Shown here one piece after another: positions 42,104 to 52,175 of a stretch of 64,000 bases of DNA. Source of the stretch: Vulcanimicrobiota bacterium (GTDB lineage: Bacteria; Vulcanimicrobiota; Xenobia; Xenobiales; JADMJV01); assembly GCA_050250895.1 (NCBI GenBank), contig JBFWNU010000001.1, positions 1,544,008 to 1,608,007 on the forward strand, in the 5' to 3' direction. Every line of letters begins with the position of its first letter. Within the stretch, counting starts at the first letter, position 1. The notes under the pieces were generated by a model. The model was not told where the DNA came from and searched no databases. It worked only from the letters and a program-made list of their open reading frames with translations. Made by a program: the position numbers and the translations under genes.

Positions 42104-42149
42104 TGTAACAGATGTAACCTGATTGTGAACTGGCGTTTACTTCTGTAAC
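42104..42149. promoter_or_regulatory. Five ~10-bp-phased TGTAAC-like repeats (putative regulator site)
   Basis: TGTAAC 42104, TGTAAC 42113, TGTGAAC 42124, GTTTAC 42135, TGTAAC 42144. Confidence 0.5.
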
Positions 42150-42190
42150 ATAGTAGGGCTGTTCGAGGCTCAGGGGGAACAGGGACCAGC

Positions 42191-43972
42191 ATGAAGCGAT
42201 TACTGGTGGCTCTTTGTCTGTTCTGCCTGGTGGCCTGCACCGAGACCGCAGGGCAACTCGACGTGACCTCGGATGGTGTCTCCGGCGCAAGCCTTTTTCG
42301 GGTCGATGTCTGGGCTCAAGAGGCAGGTTTGGACCTGGTCGAAGGACAGACGTTCTCGAGCGGCGACACTATGAGCTTCGCTGATGTCCCCTCGGGCCGC
42401 TGGTCGGTGCTGGTTCAAGCTCAAGATAGTTCGGGCACGACCATCAGCCACTTCCGGACCGATGTGGACATCTCGGCCAGCCAGACCACCACCGTTCACG
42501 CCGGGCCTTTCCGGCCGGGACTGCCCGATTCGTTTTCGCAAAACGGCTTCAACGTCACCAGTTTCGGAGCCAACGACGCGGCCACTCTGGTGGCCTTCTT
42601 TCCCGCTCCCAACAATACCGATGGGGCTATTCCCGGCAGTCTTAGCGTGGGAGAGGCCACGGCCAACCGCGGCCAGTTGACCCGCGTCGGCTACGATGAA
42701 TCCAGCGTGGCCCACCGCTGTCTGCCGGCCGAGTTGATGGCCAGCGAGATGATGGCCTGCAATCAGGCCATCGCACGCGGACAGGCCAACCTGAGAAGTG
42801 AGCCCCAGCGCTTTGAAGAACTGGCCCAGGGGGACACCCAGGATTTCTTCATCGTCACTTCGGGTCAGACGGTCACCTGCCAGAAGATGTTGGCCGAGGC
42901 CTCGACGCTGCATTGCGTAATCTTTGCCGAACTGGTCAACGGCACGCCCGTGCTCAGTACCGCCAACGCCCAGGCCATCGCCAACGCCTTCGATAGCAAT
43001 AATCCCTTCGGAACGGGCGGCATCTATGATCGCGTTCACGAGGTCTTCGGCAGCGAATGGAGCGACTCGGGCGGCCGCGACGGTGACGACAAGATCGTCC
43101 TGGTGTATCTCTCCAGTTCCAGCATCGGCGGCAGTGGCCTGTTCGGCTTCTTCAGGCCGTCTGACGAACTGGCGGCGAGTTCAGTCAGCACCAGCAACGA
43201 AGGCGAGATCCTCTATCTCAACGCCGACAAGGTCAGCGGCGACCTGTTCGACAGCCTGGCCACTCTGGCTCACGAGTTTCAGCACATGTGCCACTACAAC
43301 CAGAAGGTCGCCCAGAACGGAACCTTCCCGGCCGGGGCGGTGGCCGACGAATTTACCTTCGACGAGGGCCTTGCGATTCTGTCCGAGCAGCTCAACGGAT
43401 TCACCCTCGAAGCGGCCTCGGGCGGAAACAACTTCATGTTCCGGTCAGTCCAGCAGTTTTTGGCCGACCCCGACCAGCCGTTCTTCACCTTTGCCAGTCG
43501 TTTGCGCGACTACGGAGCCGGCTATCTGCTAATGCGCTATCTGCATGATCGCGAAGGCGTGGCCGCAGTCACCGCGTTTGCCACTTCGACCCAGTCCGGC
43601 CGCGCCGGCTTTACGGCCGCAACCGGCATCGATTTCCAAGAATTCTTCGCCGACTGGTGTCAGACCAATCTGGTCAACGACCTGACCAGTGGGCCCGACG
43701 ATCTGCACTACGACAATCTCTCGTTGACCGGTAACTTCACCATCCGCGACCTGGGCAACTCGACTCTGCCCGGGCTCACCATCGACACCGTCAAGAATCC
43801 GCCTCTCGACGAGGTGCTCAGCCTGTCGTTCGGCCCCTGGGCCCCGACCTACGTGCGCTTCGAGGGGGGCGACGGCTCGAGTCTGACGCTCGAACTCTCG
43901 GCCAGCACGGTCGAGTTGGTCTCGAATCTGGTGGTCGAGAGCCCGGCCGGAACCTACTCTAGCACTCAGTAG
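42191..43972 (+). CDS. Lipoprotein zinc metallopeptidase (M30-like)
   Basis: Lipobox LVAC; GFF...NEGEILYLN; TLAHEFQHM; DEGLA. Confidence 0.85.
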   Translation: MKRLLVALCLFCLVACTETAGQLDVTSDGVSGASLFRVDVWAQEAGLDLVEGQTFSSGDTMSFADVPSGRWSVLVQAQDSSGTTISHFRTDVDISASQTTTVHAGPFRPGLPDSFSQNGFNVTSFGANDAATLVAFFPAPNNTDGAIPGSLSVGEATANRGQLTRVGYDESSVAHRCLPAELMASEMMACNQAIARGQANLRSEPQRFEELAQGDTQDFFIVTSGQTVTCQKMLAEASTLHCVIFAELVNGTPVLSTANAQAIANAFDSNNPFGTGGIYDRVHEVFGSEWSDSGGRDGDDKIVLVYLSSSSIGGSGLFGFFRPSDELAASSVSTSNEGEILYLNADKVSGDLFDSLATLAHEFQHMCHYNQKVAQNGTFPAGAVADEFTFDEGLAILSEQLNGFTLEAASGGNNFMFRSVQQFLADPDQPFFTFASRLRDYGAGYLLMRYLHDREGVAAVTAFATSTQSGRAGFTAATGIDFQEFFADWCQTNLVNDLTSGPDDLHYDNLSLTGNFTIRDLGNSTLPGLTIDTVKNPPLDEVLSLSFGPWAPTYVRFEGGDGSSLTLELSASTVELVSNLVVESPAGTYSSTQ

Positions 43973-45047
43973 CCTTCAGGTCGGCGTGCAGCAGCCGGTG
44001 GAAGTGATACTCTCCCATCTCGATCATGGGAGCGTAGCGACCCGTGTCATAAGCGCTTGACCCCAGCCCCACCTGGACCGACTCGCAAATGCCGACATCC
44101 TCGTGCTGCACCTGGCGACTGGCCATCAGGCTCTTTTCGATGAAGTCGTCGTCGCAATCGGCGGCGAACCAGTAGTCGAAGATGGTCAAGCAACGGTCGG
44201 GCGCGAGCGGAACCACCCAGTTGAGGTCCATGATGGGTCCGTAGCGATTGAGCATCAAGTTGGGATAGAGCCAGGCATAGGCCGCTCCACCCCCCAACCG
44301 CTCGGCGAAGTCGACCCCCTCCGAATCGTCGGCCACGCTGGACCCGCAAGCCTGGATTGAGAAGCGGTCGTACAGCTTGGTCGAGTAGTTCTTCAGGTCG
44401 AGTTGCCCGGCCAGGCCTTTGTGGAGGTATTCGACGTGATAGCCTCCGTCGAGATAGTTGTCGACAAAGACCTTCCAGTTGCAAGCCAGCTCATAACTCT
44501 CGCGGCGCACGAACTTGAGGGTGGCCAGATCGCTCGGGTCGAGATGCTGCTCGAGACCGGCCATCTCTTCGGCGAAGCTACGCTCGGGTGTGCCGAAGTG
44601 GGCAAACAGTAGCGGTCCCCACTGTTCCAGCGGCAGGGGCACCAGTCCGAACTTGTCGGGTTCGAAATTCTCGACCTGACCCAGACGCGGCGCTCGGCGC
44701 AGGCTGCCGTCGAGGCGGTAGGCCCAGCCGTGATAAGGGCAGACCAGCAGGTCGGTGTTGCCTTGCCCCGTGGCCACGCAGGCGGCGTGATGGCGGCAGA
44801 CGTTGTAAAACGCCCGTAGCTGGCCGTCTTCGCCACGCACGACCACATAAGGCTCCCCCAGAAAACGGTCGGCAAAATAGTCGCCGGGGTCTTGCACCTG
44901 GCCAGTGTGACCCACATACTGCCAGGCACGGCCAAAGACCCCCTTGCGCTCCAACTCGAAGATGTCGGCGTCGGTATACCAACTGGCGGGCGGGGTGGGG
45001 GCTTCGGTCAGGGGCAACTCGGGGTTGAAGGCGTCAATCTTGGACAT
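43959..45047 (-). CDS. Rieske oxygenase alpha subunit (choline monooxygenase-like)
   Basis: NVCRHH..CPYHGWAY; NWKVFVDNYLDGGYHV..H; ED..ICESVQ. Confidence 0.92.
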   Translation of the reverse strand: MSKIDAFNPELPLTEAPTPPASWYTDADIFELERKGVFGRAWQYVGHTGQVQDPGDYFADRFLGEPYVVVRGEDGQLRAFYNVCRHHAACVATGQGNTDLLVCPYHGWAYRLDGSLRRAPRLGQVENFEPDKFGLVPLPLEQWGPLLFAHFGTPERSFAEEMAGLEQHLDPSDLATLKFVRRESYELACNWKVFVDNYLDGGYHVEYLHKGLAGQLDLKNYSTKLYDRFSIQACGSSVADDSEGVDFAERLGGGAAYAWLYPNLMLNRYGPIMDLNWVVPLAPDRCLTIFDYWFAADCDDDFIEKSLMASRQVQHEDVGICESVQVGLGSSAYDTGRYAPMIEMGEYHFHRLLHADLKATEC

Positions 45048-45102
45048 AGGCGCACATTTCTTGCCCGGCAGGGGGTTTTCCCGGCGGCGGAAATAGGGTT
45101 GG

Positions 45103-45462
45103 ATGCCTGAATTGATCAAAACCCCGACGGTGCTCGAAGCACCCGGCAACAAGCCCAAGTGGATTCACGAGTACGTAGGCTGTCTCAATACCGGCGAGCA
45201 GCGTCTGAGCATCGCGCGCATGCAGGCCCCAGCCGGCTGGGTCGAGCCCGGCCAGCGCCCCGAGTTCGACGAGTGGACGTTGGTCCTGAGCGGCCAGGTG
45301 GTGGTCGAGCATGAAGAAGGGTCGCTCACGGTCGAGGCCGGCCAGGCAGTGTTGGCCCGAGCGGGAGAATGGATCCGCTACTCGACGCCGGTCGAGGCCG
45401 AGTATGTAGCCATCTGTCTGCCGGCCTTCACCATGGAAACGGTCCACCGTGATCCGGATTGA
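45103..45462 (+). CDS. Cupin domain protein
   Basis: GWVEPGQRPEFDEWTLVLSG, GEWIRYSTP. Confidence 0.88.
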   Translation: MPELIKTPTVLEAPGNKPKWIHEYVGCLNTGEQRLSIARMQAPAGWVEPGQRPEFDEWTLVLSGQVVVEHEEGSLTVEAGQAVLARAGEWIRYSTPVEAEYVAICLPAFTMETVHRDPD

Positions 45463-45483
45463 CTTTTGTGATACTATAGTCCC

Positions 45484-46065
45484 ATGTCTTCTGCGGCTGG
45501 TTTTTACGATAGTCTGCAAAAGGACTATGCTGGCTCCCCCTTCCTCGTCCGCCTCCTCAACGTTCTTGTGTCCTTCTTTGGCGCCGCTGGCGTAGCTTGT
45601 CTGCTGGCCTGGCTCTTCGTCGAAGAGCTCGAGATCAATTATGAAGACGGCTTCTTCTTCACCATCGCCGTGGCGGCGCCCCTGCTCTCGTTTTTGGCCG
45701 GTGCCCTGGCCAGCTTCAAGTTCAGCGAGAACATCACCACCAGCGAGTTGATGAACAGCATGGGCGACGACGATTTCTGGACGGTGCTCCTGCTGTGGGC
45801 CCTGTTCGGCGTTTTTTACGCTTTTCGCAACCTGTTCACCGGCAGCGGCATCGACGACAAGACCCTGCGACTCGCGGCCAACGCCATGGAAATCATCCGT
45901 CAGGAGCCGGGCCTGAGTTCGGTGCAACTCAACCACAAGTTGAGAGACTTTGGCGAAGCCAACGAAATCCGCGCTGCCGAAGCCTTCCTTCGCCGCAACG
46001 CCCTGGTCAAAGACGACGAGATGCTGGAGCTGCATCCCGCTATCAGGGGAGCAGCCTGCGGCTGA
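45484..46065 (+). CDS. Hypothetical membrane protein (3 TM helices)
   Basis: Three hydrophobic segments; extended -10 TGaTACTAT ends 6 nt before the ATG. Confidence 0.7.
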   Translation: MSSAAGFYDSLQKDYAGSPFLVRLLNVLVSFFGAAGVACLLAWLFVEELEINYEDGFFFTIAVAAPLLSFLAGALASFKFSENITTSELMNSMGDDDFWTVLLLWALFGVFYAFRNLFTGSGIDDKTLRLAANAMEIIRQEPGLSSVQLNHKLRDFGEANEIRAAEAFLRRNALVKDDEMLELHPAIRGAACG

Positions 46066-46345
46066 GATTTCGGCCTGCGGCCGACAGGGAGCGCCGACTG
46101 CGTCGGCGGGAGAAGGAGCCGTGCGCTGCGCGCGGAGGTTTCGGCCCGCGGCCGACAGGGAGCAGCCTGCGGCTGAGAGAAGGCGAAGCCGTTCCCGAAC
46201 TGAGCGACAGCTCAGTTCGCCCCTTCTTCCGGCCCGAAGGGCCGCTCCTTTTCTCTCGAGCGGAGCAAGAGCTCCTTCTCCCGGCCCGAAGGGCCGCTCC
46301 TTTTCCCTCGAGCGCAGCAAGAGCTCCTTCCCCCGAAGCGAGCTC
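46046..46345. repeat. REP/BIME-like array of short hairpins including a 52-bp tandem duplication
   Basis: Hairpins with TGC loops and GGAG linkers; central 10-bp stem 46196-46219; repeat units 46229-46280 and 46281-46332. Confidence 0.8.
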
Positions 46346-46369
46346 CGCGAGCTTCGCTCCATTGCGAAG

Positions 46370-47161
46370 CTAGGTGCTGGCGCGCCACCAGGAGTAGTGG
46401 TTGCGCTGTAGCTCGGCTTCGCCGGGCATGGGGTAGAATTTCAGGCTGTCGCCTTCGGCCAGGAAGAAGCCGTGGCGCACGTTGCGATAGAGCATCTTGT
46501 CAAAGACCGATTGCAGGCCGATGGAGGCATTGGCGGGCTCGGGGTCGTTGAGCAGGTGGGTGATGGCGACGTTGAGCTTTTGCGGGTGAACGCCGGGAAT
46601 GGGCGGGCTCATGAAGGGGTTTTCTTGCCAGCGCCTCTGGAATTCGTCGGCGTTGAAGTCGAACTGGGTGAAGAATAGCTTGGGAGCGCCCTTGGGGTTG
46701 CCGGGGGTGGTCAGCTCTTTGCCGAAAGCACGGTGATCGTGGGTGGTGGCGATCAGCAGTTGCAACGGGTTGAGTTCTTGGATGATGCGAACTCGGCCGG
46801 TCTGTTCCGGTGGCTGGTACTCCTGGGCGTCGATCTTGAGCGTTTCGCCGTTGACGGTCACGGCATATAGAGAGCCGAGCTTGTCGAGGGGCAGGTGCTC
46901 GAGCACTCGATAGGAGCTGACGAACTTGGTTTGTTTAGGCGAACCATCTTCGTGGGCCACGGTCTGGGCGAGGTATTCGTCGATGGGGAAGAATTCGTGG
47001 CGAAAGTCGAGATCGACTTCGATGAAGAGCATCTTTCCGCTATAGTAGCGCTTGGTGCCGACCGAGTAGTGTTTGCCGAAAGCATGGGGGTCAAGCTGTG
47101 AGGCGATCAACGCTCGGTTGGGATACATGATGGCGTAGAGATGCTTTTGATGTTCGCTCAT
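46370..47161 (-). CDS. Hypothetical protein
   Basis: 263-aa ORF with coding-like codon usage; no family recognised. Confidence 0.75.
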   Translation of the reverse strand: MSEHQKHLYAIMYPNRALIASQLDPHAFGKHYSVGTKRYYSGKMLFIEVDLDFRHEFFPIDEYLAQTVAHEDGSPKQTKFVSSYRVLEHLPLDKLGSLYAVTVNGETLKIDAQEYQPPEQTGRVRIIQELNPLQLLIATTHDHRAFGKELTTPGNPKGAPKLFFTQFDFNADEFQRRWQENPFMSPPIPGVHPQKLNVAITHLLNDPEPANASIGLQSVFDKMLYRNVRHGFFLAEGDSLKFYPMPGEAELQRNHYSWWRAST

Positions 47162-47170
47162 GGGGAGGGG

Positions 47171-48475
47171 TCATTCCCCGGGGGCAGAGCCCCTTCCTCC
47201 CCACCACCGTCGGCGAGCGTAGCGGGTGCCTTCGGCGACATGATAGAGCAGGCTTTGACGGGCCAAACGGCGGGAGGAGGCGGCCAGCAGAGGCTTGGTC
47301 TGCAAGGTGGCCAGGCTCACCGTCTGGAGGATGTCCTGGCCCTCGTCCTGGGTGCGAAAGACGGCCCAGTTACCGAGAGGCGAAAGGGACAGGTCGAGAG
47401 CCTCCATCTTCAAGAGATGCTGGTCGACCACCGGCTCCGCCTGGAAGTTCTCGCGGCTCAGCCGCAAGATGGCGTTTTCGTCTTGCAGCAAGAAGCTGTC
47501 CCGTTCCCGGGTCCAGAGGGCCCGATAGTGGGTGGCGCCTCCGGCCGAGAAGCGGTGAAAGGCCGTGGTCATCACGTTGGGCAGCAAGAAGAAGTGCGAG
47601 TCGAGCACGGCCAGGATTCCGACCGAGTCTGGAGACCAGGCGATAAAGGAGCGGTCGGCGGGGGCCTGGATGGTGGTCCAACGCAGGCGGGTTTCCTCGG
47701 AGTCGTATATCCAAACGCCGACGGGGCCGCCCTCACCGCTGCGCACGCACAGCGCCAGGAAGCGATGGTCGGGAGAAGGCGTGACCGATTCGACTCGCAG
47801 CTGGTCGGGCGGCGAATAGGGAATGGTCAGGTGCTTGCGAAAGCCCTTCTCTCCCGGCGCCCAGGAGAGAATCTCCAGGCCGCGCCGGGTCAGCGTGGTG
47901 CGCGGGGCTCCTGCCTCCATCTCCTGGATGTTGGCCGGGCTGTCTTGGTCGGCGCGCTCGCTCGAAGGCGGTTCCCAGGGCAGATCCGCGTGGCGCTGCA
48001 CGAAATAGATGCGGCCTCCTTCCACCCCGAGATAGCGCAGGTTAGGACGGGCGAACTCCAGCACCTGCTTACGTCCATCGAGCCACAGGAGAGCCAATTC
48101 GGGGACCGGACCGGTTCCTTCGGTCAAGGTCAGAAGGGCGGAGTCGTCGGCCACCCAGGAAAGCACCTCGACCAGGGGCGAGTCGAGCGCACTCACCATC
48201 TGGGCTTCGTCGCCGACGCGTTTGGCATACCATAGTTCTCGCCGACCGGTGGTGCGTGGAGGCTCGAGGGTGGTTCGAACAAAGGCCAGTTTGGACTCGT
48301 CTGAAGACCAGACCACCTGGCTATAGCGATAGACGGGAAGCTTCTCGAGGTTGGCGGCCACCTGGTCGAGCCAGGCCAATCCGGCGCCGATCACGACCAA
48401 CCAGGAGACTACGATGATAGCCACTTTCAGCATCGGGCGCCGAGTTGCAGTCGTGGGGGCCTGGGAACCAGCCAT
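47171..48475 (-). CDS. Membrane-anchored TolB/WD40-like beta-propeller protein
   Basis: N-terminal TM helix; WSSDESKLAF, PSPDHRFLA, WSPDS, LSPLGNWAVF; start uncertain. Confidence 0.75.
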   Translation of the reverse strand: MAGSQAPTTATRRPMLKVAIIVVSWLVVIGAGLAWLDQVAANLEKLPVYRYSQVVWSSDESKLAFVRTTLEPPRTTGRRELWYAKRVGDEAQMVSALDSPLVEVLSWVADDSALLTLTEGTGPVPELALLWLDGRKQVLEFARPNLRYLGVEGGRIYFVQRHADLPWEPPSSERADQDSPANIQEMEAGAPRTTLTRRGLEILSWAPGEKGFRKHLTIPYSPPDQLRVESVTPSPDHRFLALCVRSGEGGPVGVWIYDSEETRLRWTTIQAPADRSFIAWSPDSVGILAVLDSHFFLLPNVMTTAFHRFSAGGATHYRALWTRERDSFLLQDENAILRLSRENFQAEPVVDQHLLKMEALDLSLSPLGNWAVFRTQDEGQDILQTVSLATLQTKPLLAASSRRLARQSLLYHVAEGTRYARRRWWGGRGSAPGE

Positions 48476-48583
48476 TGCGACGATTTTGTTCTGTTCGCTC
48501 TCAGCCCTTCCCCCCTGGTGAATTTTATTCAATGTTTCTAACGTTATTCTAATGTTCTTCATGCATAGTCAGGGCCGGGCGGT

Positions 48584-48592
48584 TGGTATAGT
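48584..48592 (+). promoter_or_regulatory. Extended -10 promoter of the grpE-dnaK operon
   Basis: TGgTATAGT, followed by an AGGAG RBS. Confidence 0.5.
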
Positions 48593-48617
48593 GAGAACCG
48601 TAGATAGGAGACGACCA

Positions 48618-49172
48618 GTGAACAACGACCAGGACCTAGCGACCGAATCGACCACGGCTACCGAGGCCCCTCCGGCCGAACCCGCCGTCGACGACCAGGG
48701 CGCTGTGATTGCCGAGCTAGAGAGCAAGTTGGCCGAACGTGACAGCCAGGTCACCGAGCTCGAAGAGCAAGTCAAGCGAGTATCGGCCGAGTTTCAGAAC
48801 TTTAGCCGGCGCCAGGAAGAAGAGCTCAAGCGACGAGCCCACCGTCTCAAAGAGGATGTGTTTCGCAGCCTGTTGCCTGTCCTGGACAATCTGGAGCGAG
48901 CTTTGGATGCCTCCAGGGCTCAGGGAACGGCTGACGCCCTGATCAAGGGTGTAGAACTGGTGGACCGCGATATGCGCAAGATTCTCGAGGAACACGGCGT
49001 GGCCGTGCTCGAGGCGAACGGGCAACCTTTCGATCCGGCCTTTCACGAAGCGGTGATGACCGAAGAGCGAGAAGATGTGCCCGACCAGACCGTCCTGCAG
49101 GAGCTACAAAAAGGCTACCTGATGGAAGGCAAAGTTTTGCGACCAAGCTTGGTCAAGGTTTCACGCTCCTAA
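48618..49172 (+). CDS. grpE: Nucleotide exchange factor GrpE
   Basis: AEFQNF.RR, LLPVLDNLERA, FDPAFHEAV, QKGY..LRPSLVKV. Confidence 0.96.
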   Translation: MNNDQDLATESTTATEAPPAEPAVDDQGAVIAELESKLAERDSQVTELEEQVKRVSAEFQNFSRRQEEELKRRAHRLKEDVFRSLLPVLDNLERALDASRAQGTADALIKGVELVDRDMRKILEEHGVAVLEANGQPFDPAFHEAVMTEEREDVPDQTVLQELQKGYLMEGKVLRPSLVKVSRS

Positions 49173-49220
49173 GCTAACAAATTTTAGGAAAGCGACTGAC
49201 TCAGTTTAAGGAGGAAGATT

Positions 49221-51059
49221 ATGTCAAAGGTTGTTGGAATCGACCTTGGAACGACCAATTCATGTATCTCCGTGATGGAAGGCGGCAAGCCTATCGTCAT
49301 CGCTAACGCCGAGGGAGGTCGCACCACTCCGTCAGTGGTCGGCTTCTCCAAGTCCGGAGAACGTCTGGTGGGCGAGATGGCCAAGCGCCAGGCGGTGAGC
49401 AATCCCGACCGCACCGTCATCTCGATTAAACGCGAGATGGGAACCGACCATCGCGTCAAGATTGACGACACGAAGTATTCGCCCGAAGAAATTTCGGCGA
49501 TGATTCTGACCAAGCTCAAGGAGGACGCCGAGTCCTATCTGGGTGGCGAGATCAAGCAGGCGGTCATTACCGTGCCCGCTTACTTCAACGACTCGCAGCG
49601 CCAGGCCACCAAGAATGCCGGCACCATCGCCGGGCTCGAGGTCCTGCGCATCATTAACGAGCCGACCGCGGCCGCCCTGGCCTACGGTCTGGACAAGCAA
49701 GACGACACGCTGACCGTCATCGTCTTCGACCTGGGCGGCGGTACCTTCGACGTCTCGGTGCTCGAAATCGGTGAAGGCGTGTTCGAAGTGAAAGCCACCG
49801 CTGGCGACACCCGCCTGGGTGGCGACGACTGGGACGAGCGCATCATGAAGTATGTGGCCGAAGAGTTCCAGCGCGAGCACGGCGTTGACTTGCTCAAGGA
49901 CAAGATGGCCCATCAGCGTCTTAAGGATGCGGCCGAGAAAGCCAAGATCGAGCTGTCGCAGAAGCTGCAGACCAACATCAATCTGCCGTTTATCACTGCC
50001 GACGCCAACGGTCCCAAGCACCTCGATGTCGACATCTCGCGGGCCAAATTCGAAAGTCTGACTTCAGACTTGCTGGACCGTTGCGCCTCGCCCTGCGAAC
50101 AGGCGATGGGCGACGCCAAGCTGTCGAAGAAAGACATCGACCGTGTGCTGTTGGTGGGTGGTTCCACCCGTATGCCGATGATCACCGAGTTCGTCAAGAA
50201 GATGTTCGGCAAGGATCCGTCCAAGGACATCAACCCTGACGAGTGTGTGGCTCTCGGCGCCGGCATCCAGGGCGCTGTGCTCTCGGGCGAAGTCAAAGAC
50301 GTGGTGCTGGTCGACGTCACCCCGCTAACCCTGGGTATCGAAACCCTGGGCGGCGTGATGACCAAGCTCATCCCGCGCAACACGGCTATCCCCACCGAGA
50401 AGTCCGAGACCTTCTCGACGGCGGCCGACATGCAGACCAGTGTAGAAGTGCACGTGCTTCAGGGTGAGCGCGAGATGGCTCGCGACAACAAGACTCTGGG
50501 CCGGTTCCACCTCAGCGACATCCCGCCCGCCCCGCGCGGCGTGCCTCAGATCGAGGTGACCTTCAAGCTCGACTCCAACGGTATCCTCAACGTCACGGCT
50601 CGTGACCGGGGCACCAACAACGAGCAGAAGATCACCATCACTGCCAGCACCAACCTGTCCAAGGACGATGTGGAGCGGATGGTCAAAGACGCCGAGAAAT
50701 ATGCCGGCGAGGATGCCAAGCGCCGCGAGTCGATCGAGGCCAAGAACCAGGCCGACTCGATGCTCTACGCTTCCGAGAAGACGCTCAAAGATCTGGGCGA
50801 CAAAGTTTCGGCCGATGCCAAAGGCAAGGTCGAGGCGGCTCAGGAGCGTCTCAAGAAGGTGCTCGAAGCTGCCGAACCGGATGCGGCCGAACTCAAGAGT
50901 GCGATGGAACAACTCCAGCAAGCACTCTACGAGGTCTCGTCTAATCTCTACGGACAGCAGGGCGCACCCGGAGGCGAAGGGCCGACCGAGTCGCCGGGCG
51001 GCGACGACGGACCCGTCGAGGGCGAGGTCGTCGAGGCCGAATACGAAGTCAAGGACTAA
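49221..51059 (+). CDS. dnaK: Chaperone DnaK
   Basis: [35 protein letters not shown]. Confidence 0.99.
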   Translation: MSKVVGIDLGTTNSCISVMEGGKPIVIANAEGGRTTPSVVGFSKSGERLVGEMAKRQAVSNPDRTVISIKREMGTDHRVKIDDTKYSPEEISAMILTKLKEDAESYLGGEIKQAVITVPAYFNDSQRQATKNAGTIAGLEVLRIINEPTAAALAYGLDKQDDTLTVIVFDLGGGTFDVSVLEIGEGVFEVKATAGDTRLGGDDWDERIMKYVAEEFQREHGVDLLKDKMAHQRLKDAAEKAKIELSQKLQTNINLPFITADANGPKHLDVDISRAKFESLTSDLLDRCASPCEQAMGDAKLSKKDIDRVLLVGGSTRMPMITEFVKKMFGKDPSKDINPDECVALGAGIQGAVLSGEVKDVVLVDVTPLTLGIETLGGVMTKLIPRNTAIPTEKSETFSTAADMQTSVEVHVLQGEREMARDNKTLGRFHLSDIPPAPRGVPQIEVTFKLDSNGILNVTARDRGTNNEQKITITASTNLSKDDVERMVKDAEKYAGEDAKRRESIEAKNQADSMLYASEKTLKDLGDKVSADAKGKVEAAQERLKKVLEAAEPDAAELKSAMEQLQQALYEVSSNLYGQQGAPGGEGPTESPGGDDGPVEGEVVEAEYEVKD

Positions 51060-51071
51060 CAGCCCTGAGAT

Positions 51072-51099
51072 GGCCCGCCCTGAAAGGGGCGGGCCTTTT
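51072..51099 (+). terminator. Intrinsic terminator/attenuating hairpin between dnaK and dnaJ
   Basis: GGCCCGCCCT-GAAA-GGGGCGGGCC-TTTT. Confidence 0.75.
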
Positions 51100-51113
51100 A
51101 CCTCGAGAGGGAG

Positions 51114-52112
51114 GTGAGCGAGATTTCCTACAAAGACTATTACAAGATTCTGGGCGTCGGCAAAGGCGCCAGCGAAAAAGAGATCAAATCGGCCTACCGC
51201 AAGCTTGCTCGCCAGTATCACCCCGACGTGAATCCCGGTGACAAATCGGCCGAAGAGCGCTTCCAGGATATCAACGAGGCCTATGAGGTTCTTAAGGATA
51301 CCGAGAAGCGGCAGCAATACGACCGATTCGGCTCCCAGTGGAAGCAGGCTTCGGCCGCCGGAGGCAGAGGGCCGGGACCCGGTCAGCACGGGTTCGACTT
51401 CGACTTCTCGGGCTTTGGCTTCGGCGGAGGCGGCGGGGGTGGCGGTTTCTCGGATTTTGTCGAGCAGATGTTCGGCGGAGCCGGCCGGCGCGGTGCTCCT
51501 CGGGCTGCCCAGGGGGCCAACGCCCGGGCCGACATCGAGGTTAGCCTCGAGGAAGCTTTTAGCGGCGCCGTGCGCAGCCTGACCCTGACCCAGCAAAAAC
51601 AGTGTCCCAACTGCGGCGGCGTGGGCGTGACCTCGAGCGGTGTCTGCGCTGCCTGTAATGGGCAGGGACAACAGCGCAAGGAGCGTCGCCTGGAAGTCAA
51701 GATCCCGGCCGGGGTGACCGACGGCTCCAAGATTCGAGTCCGTGGTGAAGGAGAGCCGGGCCGAGGGGGCGGCAAGCCGGGTGACCTTTTCCTGACGGTC
51801 AAGTTGGCCAAGCATCCCGTGTTCGAGGTCAAAGGCCACGATCTTTACTGCGAGCAGACGGTTTCGGTCTATGACGCGGTGCTCGGGGGAGAGACCAGCC
51901 TCAAGACCCTCAAGGGCGAGGTCAATCTCAAGATCCCCGCAGGTTCTCAGGGAGGCGCCAAGATGCGTCTCAAGGGACTGGGTCTGCCCCGTTCCGGCGG
52001 AAAGGCGGTCGGCGATCTCTATGTGGTTTTACGGCTGAAGGTTCCCACCGAGCTGTCCGAGCGTCAGCGCGCGTTGTATGAAGAATTGGCCGCTCTCGAG
52101 CGCCAGGCGTAA
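51114..52112 (+). CDS. dnaJ: DnaJ-class co-chaperone with a shortened Zn finger
   Basis: J domain HPD; G/F region; two CxxCxGxG repeats; DnaJ_C. Confidence 0.9.
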   Translation: MSEISYKDYYKILGVGKGASEKEIKSAYRKLARQYHPDVNPGDKSAEERFQDINEAYEVLKDTEKRQQYDRFGSQWKQASAAGGRGPGPGQHGFDFDFSGFGFGGGGGGGGFSDFVEQMFGGAGRRGAPRAAQGANARADIEVSLEEAFSGAVRSLTLTQQKQCPNCGGVGVTSSGVCAACNGQGQQRKERRLEVKIPAGVTDGSKIRVRGEGEPGRGGGKPGDLFLTVKLAKHPVFEVKGHDLYCEQTVSVYDAVLGGETSLKTLKGEVNLKIPAGSQGGAKMRLKGLGLPRSGGKAVGDLYVVLRLKVPTELSERQRALYEELAALERQA

Positions 52113-52175
52113 CCCATCCGCCGCGCTATGGTTAAAAGCACTACACAACCTCTCAAGAAAGGAAGGCGGTTTCCG

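Noticed and set aside
46046-46345. CRISPR array
   Set aside because: No constant repeat with unique equal-length spacers, and no cas genes; it is a hairpin mosaic
45034-46411. 442-, 192- and 153-aa ORFs spanning the repeat
   Set aside because: Shadow ORFs across real genes and GC-rich hairpins
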